Virus record (IMG/VR): IMGVR_UViG_3300035696_000009
DNA from: an uncultured virus (IMG/VR IMGVR_UViG_3300035696_000009)
Taxonomy: Duplodnaviria > Heunggongvirae > Uroviricota > Caudoviricetes
DNA: 64,000 nt
Reading direction: 5' to 3' (one strand)
Position 1 is the stretch's first letter, and each line of letters begins with the position of its first letter. The notes under the pieces are model-generated. The model did no database searches. It was not told the origin of the DNA and saw nothing but the letters and a program-made list of their open reading frames with translations. The position numbers were made by a program, and so were the translations under genes. This document shows positions 46,239-54,793 of this stretch, piece by piece.

Positions 46239-47087
46239 ATGAGTGCCGGCAAAATGGTGGCGCAGTACCCGAACCACCCGAGCGACATGTCCCCGGACGC
46301 CCCCAGGGGACCAAAGTGCAGCTCGGTGCGTTCGAGCGCCGTGCTCGGGAGCGCGCGCAAGCCGAAGGGTGAATACGCCCTGCCGTTCGCGACGCGCGAC
46401 AACGAACGCGAAGACGCACGGCTCTTCGTCGAGACGATGCCCCAGCTCCCCTGCAGGGTGACCGGCTTCTACGTCGCCGGCGAGACGTTCCAAGTCGAGC
46501 CCGAGATCGTGCTGCCCGGCCAATGGGCGCGCCTTGAGATCCCCGAGCACGTCGCGAGGAGGATCATGGCGACGACCACGGAGATCACCTGCGGCGTGCT
46601 CGCGCAGGTCGAGGGCGAGCGGGCGGGCATGATGCGGCTCCAGTGGAAGCTCCCCATGGGGGCGCACGTGGCGCGAGAGCAGGTCCCGACCGCGCTCGCC
46701 GTCCCGCCCAACTCGACGGTCATTGTCCAATGGCAGCCCGAGGTCGCGAGCCGCTTCAAGCGCTTCGCCGCCGAGATCATCGGGGACAAGGACGCTCTCT
46801 TCATCAACGACTTCCGCCTCGGCAAGGACTCGTTCTTCCTGTCGAGCACGCCCGTCCCGATGGCCGTCGCCATGGTGCCCGGCGCATTCGAGGTCCCGGA
46901 CATGATCGTCCCGGGGATCATCATGACGGTGAGCCTCTCGAACCGCTCCGCCGAGGCGGTGGAGATTGGCGGCGGGATCGTCCTCGTGAACGTCGAGGAG
47001 GAGTTCGCCGTCCTCCAGAAGAAGTACGAGGAGGAGACCCGCGCGCGCATCGAGGCGATCGAGAAGGCCGCCGAGGGGACGAAGTAG
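46239..47087 (+). CDS. paralog of the candidate capsid domain (second/minor capsid protein?)
   Basis: NSTVIVQWQP..INDFRLGKDS..PGIIMTVSLSN aligns by eye with 45334; start uncertain. Confidence 0.6.
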   Translation: MSAGKMVAQYPNHPSDMSPDAPRGPKCSSVRSSAVLGSARKPKGEYALPFATRDNEREDARLFVETMPQLPCRVTGFYVAGETFQVEPEIVLPGQWARLEIPEHVARRIMATTTEITCGVLAQVEGERAGMMRLQWKLPMGAHVAREQVPTALAVPPNSTVIVQWQPEVASRFKRFAAEIIGDKDALFINDFRLGKDSFFLSSTPVPMAVAMVPGAFEVPDMIVPGIIMTVSLSNRSAEAVEIGGGIVLVNVEEEFAVLQKKYEEETRARIEAIEKAAEGTK

Positions 47088-47090
47088 GCG

Positions 47091-47546
47091 ATGTACACGC
47101 CGAAGTTCGAACTCCTCTCGTTCTCGTCGCTGCCCGTGCAGCGAAAGCAGATCGTCCTGCGCGCGGCGCTCGAGTTCCTGATCGTCGCGGACTGGAACTA
47201 CATCATCGAGAACCCGGGGCTGCCGTCGCTCTACGAATTCGCGCCGCAGTACGTCCTCAAGGTTCGACCGTCCGGTCTGGACTCATGGCAGGATATACCT
47301 CAAACAATCGCGCTAGGTAGCGGAGATTGCAAGGATTTTGCCTGTTGGAGAATCGCGGAATTGCGCCACCAGGGCTTCGACGACGTCTACCCGCACATCA
47401 AGGTGACCTACCACCCAGACCCGCGCGGCCTCGAGCCGCCGATGACCGTCTACCACATCCAAGTGCGCATCCACGAGCAGATCGAGGACCCTTCGGCCAT
47501 CCTCGGGATGCCGCAGCACGTCACCTACGAACAGCTCCGCGGATGA
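47091..47546 (+). CDS. transglutaminase-like Cys-His-Asp enzyme (candidate maturation protease)
   Basis: GDCKD...YHIQV...EDPS. Confidence 0.75.
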   Translation: MYTPKFELLSFSSLPVQRKQIVLRAALEFLIVADWNYIIENPGLPSLYEFAPQYVLKVRPSGLDSWQDIPQTIALGSGDCKDFACWRIAELRHQGFDDVYPHIKVTYHPDPRGLEPPMTVYHIQVRIHEQIEDPSAILGMPQHVTYEQLRG

Positions 47547-47562
47547 AAGAAAGAGACCAGAC

Positions 47563-48084
47563 ATGAGCGATCTCGGAACAATCCTCACCATCGCGGCCGT
47601 CGGCATCGGCGGCTACGCGGTGTACCGTTGGCTCGAGGACGACAAAGGCGAGCGCTGGAAGCGCCGCGAGTCGAAGAACCTTCGCGAGGCGCACGCGACG
47701 GGTTACTTCGCCGGCGTCCAGTCGGGCCCCGCGATCGTCGGGCACTACGGTTACGTGGGAGACGGCAGGACGCCCCCGCCGCCACCGGACCCACGCAACT
47801 GCCTCTGCCCGATGAGCCTCGACCCGCTCGACCCGACGCTCCCTGTCTACAAGTGCCCGTGCAACGTCCCGGGCGCGGTCCACCCGCCGTACGCCGGCTA
47901 CATGGCCGTCGGTCGCGGGGGAGGCGGGGGGCATTTCCACCCGCACCACCACTACCAGCAGCAGTTCGGCGACGAGGGCGGTGGCGGGGGCTTCGGCGGC
48001 GACGGTGGGCAGCAGCCTTTCATGCCGCCGCAGTACCAGCCGCACCCGCACTTCGGCGGGCCCCACGGCGGACGGCGGAGGTGA
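47563..48084 (+). CDS. TM-anchored low-complexity protein
   Basis: ATGYFAGVQSGPAIVGHYGYVG. Confidence 0.8.
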   Translation: MSDLGTILTIAAVGIGGYAVYRWLEDDKGERWKRRESKNLREAHATGYFAGVQSGPAIVGHYGYVGDGRTPPPPPDPRNCLCPMSLDPLDPTLPVYKCPCNVPGAVHPPYAGYMAVGRGGGGGHFHPHHHYQQQFGDEGGGGGFGGDGGQQPFMPPQYQPHPHFGGPHGGRRR

Positions 48085-48086
48085 AC

Positions 48087-49724
48087 ATGGGACCGATCCC
48101 GATCCTGATCCTCGGCGGCGTCGTCTTCTACCTCTACGAGAAGGACAAGAACCCGGCGTGGTCGCCCTTCGCCCGCCTCCTCGCGACGCCGGCCGACAAG
48201 GTCGTCGCGCTCGAGAAGGTCAAGGTGACGAGCGTGCCGACACCGAGTCCCACGGTGGCGCTCGACCCGCACATGTCGACCGACCAGGTCAAGCAGGTGA
48301 ACACCCTGCTCACGACCGAGACGGACCCGAAGAAGATCGCGGCGCACGCGGTCGCGCAGAGCGCGCTCGGCAACGAGAACAGCGCGCTCGCGCTCGCCGC
48401 GAAGGCGAACGCCGTCGGCGAGGCGATGGCGACCGGAGCCAGCGACGTCGACCTCCACAAGAAGCAGATCGAAGGGGTCGCAGCCGCCGCACCGCCGGCA
48501 GGCGCTGTCCCGATCGACTCGCCCATGACGCCGTGCGAGGCGCAGGTGCTCCTCAACGTGCTCGCGACGCGCCAGGGGCACCTCCACGTCGAGGGCGTCC
48601 CGCTGCCGCTCCCCATCACCAACGTGCTCGACGCGGAGACCGCGCACCTCATCACCATCTTCCAGGCCGAGGTGCACCTGCCGACGTCGGGGATGCTCGA
48701 CCAGGAGACCGCGAAGGCGCTCCGCATGGAGGCGCTCGGCCAAGGCGCGGCGCCCCACGTGGTCGGCTACTGGGACGAGTTCGGACGCTGGCGCCATCAT
48801 CATCACCACCACTGGCACCCGCCCGTCGTCGATGAAGTCGTCGTGCCCGAGGTTGTCGGTTACTGGGACGAGTTCGGACGCTGGCGCCACCACCATCACC
48901 ACCACTGGCACCCGCCCGTCGTCGAGGAAGTCGTCGTGCCTGAAGCCGCAGGCTGGGGACCCATCGCTACGGGCTGGAACGGCCACGAGCACGGGCGCGG
49001 GCACGAACAGTTTGGCCGCGGACACGAGCAGTTCGGCCACGGTGGACGCGGGCACGAGCAATTCGGCCACGGCCACCCACAATTCGGTCGTGGGCGTGAG
49101 CACGAACATTTTGGCCGCGGACGCGAGCACGAACATTTCGGCCGTGGTCGCGGGATGATGCCGCAGCAGGGTTTCCCGGGCGAGATGGAGGAGGAGATGC
49201 CTCCCATGCACCGTCGCCATCACCGGCGTCACCTGACGCCGGAGCAGCTCGCTGAGCAACAGCAGGCCGAGATGATGCGACACCACCACCGCCGCCACCA
49301 TCATCGGCACCCGATGCAGCAGCCGATGCAGCAGCCGCAGCCGCCGATGGACCAAGACGACCAGTCAATGGAAGCGCAGACGCCCGTCGGGATACCCATC
49401 GGCGGTGGGGGCGCGATGGCGGCGACAGCGCTACCGGGCGCCGCGGGGACCGATGCCGCCACGGACGCCGGAGCGCAAGCAGGCACCGAAGTCGCGCAAG
49501 GTTGGTGGCCCGCGCCAGGAGACGAGTATTCGTACTTCCCGCAGCAAGGGCTCCAGGGGGGCGCGTACTACCCGCCGCACGAGCCGTCGGGCGGCAGCGC
49601 CTACTACCCGATGCAGCCCACCGGCGACTACGGCGGCTACGGCTACATCGGCGAGGGCGGCCTCGGTGGGCTCGGCGGCTACGGGAGCTGGGGGAGCTTC
49701 GGCGGCTGGGGACACGGGCTCTGA
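48087..49724 (+). CDS. TM protein with PG-binding-like domain and His-rich repeats
   Basis: FQAEVHLPTSGMLDQET; two 31-aa VVGYWDEFGRWRHHHHHHW repeats. Confidence 0.8.
   Translation: MGPIPILILGGVVFYLYEKDKNPAWSPFARLLATPADKVVALEKVKVTSVPTPSPTVALDPHMSTDQVKQVNTLLTTETDPKKIAAHAVAQSALGNENSALALAAKANAVGEAMATGASDVDLHKKQIEGVAAAAPPAGAVPIDSPMTPCEAQVLLNVLATRQGHLHVEGVPLPLPITNVLDAETAHLITIFQAEVHLPTSGMLDQETAKALRMEALGQGAAPHVVGYWDEFGRWRHHHHHHWHPPVVDEVVVPEVVGYWDEFGRWRHHHHHHWHPPVVEEVVVPEAAGWGPIATGWNGHEHGRGHEQFGRGHEQFGHGGRGHEQFGHGHPQFGRGREHEHFGRGREHEHFGRGRGMMPQQGFPGEMEEEMPPMHRRHHRRHLTPEQLAEQQQAEMMRHHHRRHHHRHPMQQPMQQPQPPMDQDDQSMEAQTPVGIPIGGGGAMAATALPGAAGTDAATDAGAQAGTEVAQGWWPAPGDEYSYFPQQGLQGGAYYPPHEPSGGSAYYPMQPTGDYGGYGYIGEGGLGGLGGYGSWGSFGGWGHGL
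48759..48944 (+). repeat. 93-bp tandem duplication encoding a His6 module
   Basis: Two copies with synonymous differences. Confidence 0.85.
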
Positions 49725-49725
49725 C

Positions 49726-49914
49726 ATGGGATTCACGCTCCAAGAGGCCCAGTGGCTCGTGAAGTTCTACCGGCACCTCCCGGGCGGCGGCGCCGCGACC
49801 GCGGACGCGCAATACGGGGACGCCGACGCGCAGTACCACGAGGACGCCCCAGCCGAGGCGCAGCGCGGCTACAGCGACCACCAGGCCGCCGGCTACTACG
49901 ACGACTACCGATAA
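49726..49914 (+). CDS. 62-aa hypothetical protein
   Basis: MGFTLQEAQW; fills the gap between coupled genes. Confidence 0.55.
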   Translation: MGFTLQEAQWLVKFYRHLPGGGAATADAQYGDADAQYHEDAPAEAQRGYSDHQAAGYYDDYR

Positions 49915-49950
49915 TCTCAAATTGCGAGGAAAGAGAAAGAGGACCCGACC

Positions 49951-50481
49951 ATGGACGAGAAAGACAAGACCGCAGTCACCGCCTCGGACGTGCTCCCCGG
50001 CGTGAAGTTCCAGGACCCGCGGCCGACGGACCTCCAGGTCTTCTTCAGCCTTCTGCCCACGGTGCTCGGCGGGCTCGCGAGCCGCTCGGACACGCGCTCG
50101 GCGAACCCGACCGCCTTCATCCTCATCCGCGAGTGCCTCGGGCAGTGCGCCGCGATGGGCACGCTCCGCGCGACGTTCGTGTGCAACGATGGCTCGACGC
50201 TCGCGCTGATGCCGCAGAACCAGGTCGGGGTGGGAGTCCAGGCCCCGATCCAGCACCAGCCGGGGAGCCAGGGCGTGATGGTCCAGCAGTACCCGAACCA
50301 GCCGGGCCAGGGCCAGCCGAGCCAGCAAGCCTACGCCGGGGGCGGGGGCGCCGTGCAGCAGTACCCGAACCAAGCGCCGCCTCCGCAGCACGGGATGCCG
50401 TTCGGCGACGGGAGCAAGGGAGTGATGGTCGCCATGTTCCCAAACCAGCAACCGCCGCCGCAACAGCCGCCGCAGCTCTGA
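49951..50481 (+). CDS. Gln/Pro-rich protein
   Basis: GAGGA RBS; RECLGQCA echoes RECVGECA of 11606. Confidence 0.75.
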   Translation: MDEKDKTAVTASDVLPGVKFQDPRPTDLQVFFSLLPTVLGGLASRSDTRSANPTAFILIRECLGQCAAMGTLRATFVCNDGSTLALMPQNQVGVGVQAPIQHQPGSQGVMVQQYPNQPGQGQPSQQAYAGGGGAVQQYPNQAPPPQHGMPFGDGSKGVMVAMFPNQQPPPQQPPQL

Positions 50482-50482
50482 G

Positions 50483-51004
50483 ATGTCGATGATCGAGTGG
50501 ACCCCAGCGAAGAAAGCCGTGGTGGCGGGCGCCGCCATCGGCATGGGTCTGCTCATTTTCTCGTCGCGGAGGCGCTACAAAGACCACAACGGCTCCGCGC
50601 TCGCCCACTCGCTCGACCCGGAGCTTGACGCTCCGACGCGCTCGGCCGTGCTGACCGCGCTCGCGGGCGAGCACGACCCCGCGGTCCTCTCGGTGCTCGG
50701 GGCCAAGCTCGCCGCCGCGGGGTTCGACCAGACCGCCGCGACGGTGGGCAAGCGCGCCGCCGAAGTCTCGCGGGCGAACTCGCCGCACCACGTCGGGCAA
50801 GCCTTCGGGCACTCGGCCATGGTGTGGCACGCCCAGAGGATGCTCCGGCAGCTCGGCTACGCGGTGCCGCTCACGGGCGTACAGGACGACGCGACGACCC
50901 TCGCGGTGAAGCGCTTCCAGTCGCTCCACGATCTCGACATCGACGGGATCATCGACCCGAGGACCAACGCCGCGCTCGCCGCGGCCGTGGCGGGGAGCAC
51001 CTGA
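50483..51004 (+). CDS. TM-anchored peptidoglycan-binding protein
   Basis: AQRMLRQLGY..TGVQDDAT..AVKRFQ..LDIDGIIDPRT. Confidence 0.85.
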   Translation: MSMIEWTPAKKAVVAGAAIGMGLLIFSSRRRYKDHNGSALAHSLDPELDAPTRSAVLTALAGEHDPAVLSVLGAKLAAAGFDQTAATVGKRAAEVSRANSPHHVGQAFGHSAMVWHAQRMLRQLGYAVPLTGVQDDATTLAVKRFQSLHDLDIDGIIDPRTNAALAAAVAGST

Positions 51005-51005
51005 C

Positions 51006-51602
51006 ATGCCGCTCCTCTTCTGGCTCCTCCCCGGCGGCTTCCTGATCTGGATCCTCGCCCAGCGCCACGCCGAGGCGCGGATCGCGCGCGAGCGGCAGAT
51101 GACGGGGCCCGCGGGGCCGGTCACGGGCGCCCATTATCCCTTTCCGCGCCCGCCCGCGCGCGAGCGTCTTCTTCTCCCGCGGCGCCCGGCGCCCGCGACG
51201 ACGGCCGACTACCTCCAGCACCTCCACGAAGCGACGGTCGCCGCGCAGATCCTCGACACGTACAAGCCCCAGGCCCTCGCCGCCGACATCGTCTCGCTCA
51301 TGCAGGCGCCGGCGGAGGTCGTGCAGGCATTCCGCGTGCTCTCGGCGCCGCTCGACGTGCTCTCCGCGCAGAAGGACCTGAACGTCCTCGGCGCGCAGCC
51401 GCCGCTCGCGGAGGACGGCGTCCCGGGCCCAGAGACGCGCGCGGCTGTGAGGAGCCTGCAGGCGCGCTTCGGCGAGCCGGCGACGGGCAGGATGGACGGC
51501 CGGACGGCGCTGCTCGTCCGGTACTCGATCGGGTGCATCAACGCGCAGGATCGCGCGCACATGGGCGCCGTGGCCGCGCAGGCAGCGCAGACAGGAGCAT
51601 GA
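51006..51602 (+). CDS. TM-anchored peptidoglycan-binding protein
   Basis: AQKDLNVLG..LAEDGVPGPETRAAVRSLQ. Confidence 0.8.
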   Translation: MPLLFWLLPGGFLIWILAQRHAEARIARERQMTGPAGPVTGAHYPFPRPPARERLLLPRRPAPATTADYLQHLHEATVAAQILDTYKPQALAADIVSLMQAPAEVVQAFRVLSAPLDVLSAQKDLNVLGAQPPLAEDGVPGPETRAAVRSLQARFGEPATGRMDGRTALLVRYSIGCINAQDRAHMGAVAAQAAQTGA

Positions 51603-51883
51603 CGATGGCGAGGAAGAAGAAGCGCCCGTACAAGTGGATCGGGCCGACCGGCGTCAAGAAGCACAAGGGAGCGCTCCACCGTGCGATGGGCTACGCCCCC
51701 GGCGAGCACATCCCGACGCGCGAACTCGAGAAGGAGGTCCACAAGGGCGGCCACGTCGGGCACATGGCCCAGTTCGCGCTCAACGTGCGCGGCCTCAAGC
51801 ACCACCACGGCCCGCTCTCGAGGACCTCTCTCGCGAGGCGCCGCCGCCGCATGCGTCACGCGCACCACACACGCACGCGTTGA
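51599..51883 (+). CDS. small basic (K/R/H-rich) protein
   Basis: KKHKGALHRAMG..IP; Arg-rich tail. Confidence 0.75.
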   Translation: MTMARKKKRPYKWIGPTGVKKHKGALHRAMGYAPGEHIPTRELEKEVHKGGHVGHMAQFALNVRGLKHHHGPLSRTSLARRRRRMRHAHHTRTR

Positions 51884-51894
51884 GGAGAAAGAAC

Positions 51895-52308
51895 ATGCTC
51901 GAAGAAAAAGACTTCCCGTTCATCAAGACAGGCATCGCGCTCAGCATCGCCGGCAGCATGATCGAGAGGCGCTCCTCGCAGGCCGTCGCGGCGACGCCGA
52001 GCGAAGCCCACAAGGCCGAGTTCCAGTCGTGGACGACCGGCGGCGCGCTCACGGCTGACCTCGGCGCGGGGCTCATCGTGTACGGCGTCTACAAGCGGAG
52101 CCCTTTCTGGGGAGGCGCGCTCGGCCTCGGGTGGCTCGCGCTCACGGTGATGGGCACGAAGAACCCCGAGAAGTCCCTGTCCATGCTGGACCGCCTCGAA
52201 GGGCCGCGCCCCCTGCCCGCGCCGAGGGCGGGCTGGGAACCGTGGGAGCGTCGCGAGGAGTGGCGCGAGCGCCCGTGGGAACGCCACCACGAGCGCCGCT
52301 GGTGGTAG
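51895..52308 (+). CDS. small membrane protein
   Basis: GAGGAG RBS; RAGW...ERRWW. Confidence 0.75.
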   Translation: MLEEKDFPFIKTGIALSIAGSMIERRSSQAVAATPSEAHKAEFQSWTTGGALTADLGAGLIVYGVYKRSPFWGGALGLGWLALTVMGTKNPEKSLSMLDRLEGPRPLPAPRAGWEPWERREEWRERPWERHHERRWW

Positions 52309-52347
52309 ACGAAACAATTCTCAAATCAAGAACAAGGAGAACTCATC

Positions 52348-52659
52348 ATGGTCGATTACAAGAAGGCAGCCCTCGTGGGCGCGGGCATCGGGACGGTCGC
52401 GAGCTTTATCTTCGGACGCAAGCGCGCGCGCGGCCTCGACTGGGGCAAGATCCTCAAGTACGCGGCCGTGGGCGGCGGCGCCACGATGGTGGCCGGGTAC
52501 GCGATGGCCGAGACCGGCAGGCCCATCGGGATGCTGGCCGCGAAGGGCGAGTTCACGGGCTGGGAGCACGGCGGCTGGGGCCGCGGCTGGGGCCACGAGC
52601 ACGAGCACGAGGGCTGGGGCCACGAGGGCCGCGAGCGCGAGCACTTCCGCCGCTGGTAA
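52348..52659 (+). CDS. small membrane protein
   Basis: 2 TM; KGEFTGW then H/W-rich tail. Confidence 0.8.
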   Translation: MVDYKKAALVGAGIGTVASFIFGRKRARGLDWGKILKYAAVGGGATMVAGYAMAETGRPIGMLAAKGEFTGWEHGGWGRGWGHEHEHEGWGHEGREREHFRRW

Positions 52660-52665
52660 CAGCGC

Positions 52666-53229
52666 ATGATGTACGGACCCTATGCCTATCCCTGCTACGC
52701 GCCCCCTGACGAGTGGGGGTGGGCGTTCGGGCACCCGTACGATCCCCAGCGGTACGTCCTCCACGACGGCCCACCGCCGCTCGAGTGGTGGAACGGCCCG
52801 GAGCACCCCGGGTGGAGCGCCGACTACGCCTGGCCCCACGGGCCGGAGTTCGCCGGCCTCGACCTCGGCTCCTTGCCGCAATACGGCCGGGAGTGGGCCG
52901 AGAAATTCGGGGAGAAGCTCGGGACGCTCGGAACCGCGGCGGAGGGCGCGTGGAAGAACTTGAGCCAGGGAGTCTCGAGCGGCTTGCCGAGCTTCAAGCC
53001 GTTCGGCGAGGTGACGCAGAAAGCGTCCACGGCCGCCGACGAGGCGACGCTGGCGGCGGCGGAGGCGCGGAGATCCATCGCGGCCGTGCGCGACAGGGCC
53101 ACGCGCACGCTCGACCAGGTCGACCGGACCGCGAAGGAGCACGAGGAGACGGTGAAGATCGCGAAGTACGTCCTCGTGGGGCTCGGCGTCCTCGGGGGAA
53201 CTGCGCTCCTGTATTCGATGGTTAAGTAA
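52666..53229 (+). CDS. membrane protein with aromatic N-terminal leader
   Basis: W/Y/P-rich leader ending EFAG, coiled coil, C-terminal TM. Confidence 0.75.
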   Translation: MMYGPYAYPCYAPPDEWGWAFGHPYDPQRYVLHDGPPPLEWWNGPEHPGWSADYAWPHGPEFAGLDLGSLPQYGREWAEKFGEKLGTLGTAAEGAWKNLSQGVSSGLPSFKPFGEVTQKASTAADEATLAAAEARRSIAAVRDRATRTLDQVDRTAKEHEETVKIAKYVLVGLGVLGGTALLYSMVK

Positions 53230-53236
53230 CGACGCC

Positions 53237-54793
53237 ATGATCGACCGGAGCAAACCCATCGGCCACCACTGCACGGCCTGCATGCGCGGCGTCGGCCCGG
53301 ACTGGGTCCCGTCCTGCCCGCACTGCGGCGCGTCCGGCACGATCGCGGTCGGCGACGTGACCTCAACCGGCAACCGCTGGATCGGCGCGGGCCAGAAGCC
53401 GCAGCTCCTCGCGGACGTGCCGGAGGCCGACTACGAGCGCATCTCGACCGGGACGCGCGAGTTCGACCGCGTGCTCGGCGGGGGCATCGTCACGGGCTCG
53501 ACGGTGCTGATCGCGGGCGACCCGGGCATCGGCAAGAGCACGCTGCTCCTCCAGGTCTGCATCGACCTCTCGGTGGCCCCGATGACGGACGACCAGACGG
53601 GCGAGCGGATCGACGACCTCGTCATCCTCTACGTTTCGGCCGAGGAGACGACCTCGCAGATCAAGGGCCGCGCGGTCCGCCTCTCGAGGGAGTCGAAGAA
53701 GCTCTACCTCCACAACGAGTCCGACGTCACGGAGGTCGGCAAGCAGATCGCCGAGCTTGACCCGGACATCCTCATCGTGGACAGCATCCAGACCATGGTG
53801 ATGCCGGGCGTCGACGGGGCCGCCGGCACCGTGACGCAGGTGCGGGAGTGCGCGCTCTACCTCCGCGACCTCTGCAAGCGGCGCGGCATCGGCTGTTTCT
53901 TCGTGGCCCACGTGACGAAGGACGGGACCATCGCGGGCCCGAAGGTCCTCGAGCACCTCGTCGACGCGACGCTCGAGTTCCACAAGGAGGGGCTCGGAGA
54001 CATCCGCTCCATCCGCGCGAACAAGAACCGCTTCGGCTCGACGGAGGAGATGGCCCTCTTCCGGATGACCCGCGAGGGCCTGCGCTCGATCGAGAACCCG
54101 AGCGAGCTGCTCCTGCAGCACCACAAGGACGGCAAGGAGGGCGTGTGCATTGGCCTCGTCGCGACGGGCCCGCGCCCGTACGCGGTCGAGTTCCAGACGC
54201 TCCTCGGCCCGTCCTCCTCGAACGGGGCGTCGAGCGCGCAGCACAAGCGCGTGATCACGGGCCTCTCGAGCCAGCGCGCGACGCAGATCATCGCGATCCT
54301 CCAGCGGCGGCTCGGCCTGGACTTGAACCGCGAGGTCTTCGTGAACCTGCCTGGAGGCCTCGACGACGTGAAGGACCCGGCGCTCGATCTGCCGCTAGCG
54401 CTCGCCCTCGCGTCGTTCGCGCTCGGCACTGCCTTGCCCCCGTCCTTTGTCGCCTTCGGCGAGGTCGGCCTCGCGGGCGAAGTCCGCCCGGTCACGTACA
54501 TCGACGCTCGCATCAAGACCGCGATGTCGATGCACTTCGACATGATCGTGGGCCCCAGGCGCCCGTCCTACGACTTCGGGCCCGAGGCGTCACAAGCACT
54601 GGCGATGCCGCTCTCGGACGAGGAGGTGAACCTCAACGAGAGGTATTATCCCGTCACGTCGCTCGAGGAGGCGTTCGACCTGCTCGAGGGCTTCGTGATC
54701 GTGCCGCCCGAGCCCAAGCAATCGAAAATCAAGAAAGACAAACGCAAGAGCCCCCTCCGCGAGGCCGAAGAGAACGAGAGCGAGATCCAATGA
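53237..54793 (+). CDS. radA: DNA repair protein RadA/Sms
   Basis: CTAC..CPHC Zn finger, GDPGIGKST, IVDSIQ, KNRFG, GEVGLAGEVR. Confidence 0.95.
   Translation: MIDRSKPIGHHCTACMRGVGPDWVPSCPHCGASGTIAVGDVTSTGNRWIGAGQKPQLLADVPEADYERISTGTREFDRVLGGGIVTGSTVLIAGDPGIGKSTLLLQVCIDLSVAPMTDDQTGERIDDLVILYVSAEETTSQIKGRAVRLSRESKKLYLHNESDVTEVGKQIAELDPDILIVDSIQTMVMPGVDGAAGTVTQVRECALYLRDLCKRRGIGCFFVAHVTKDGTIAGPKVLEHLVDATLEFHKEGLGDIRSIRANKNRFGSTEEMALFRMTREGLRSIENPSELLLQHHKDGKEGVCIGLVATGPRPYAVEFQTLLGPSSSNGASSAQHKRVITGLSSQRATQIIAILQRRLGLDLNREVFVNLPGGLDDVKDPALDLPLALALASFALGTALPPSFVAFGEVGLAGEVRPVTYIDARIKTAMSMHFDMIVGPRRPSYDFGPEASQALAMPLSDEEVNLNERYYPVTSLEEAFDLLEGFVIVPPEPKQSKIKKDKRKSPLREAEENESEIQ

Noticed and set aside
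17910..49355. Long antisense or alternate-frame R/A/G-rich ORFs (e.g. 17910-20735, 29542-32079, 47952-49355)
   Set aside because: Expected shadows of high-GC3 coding sequence, with no motifs
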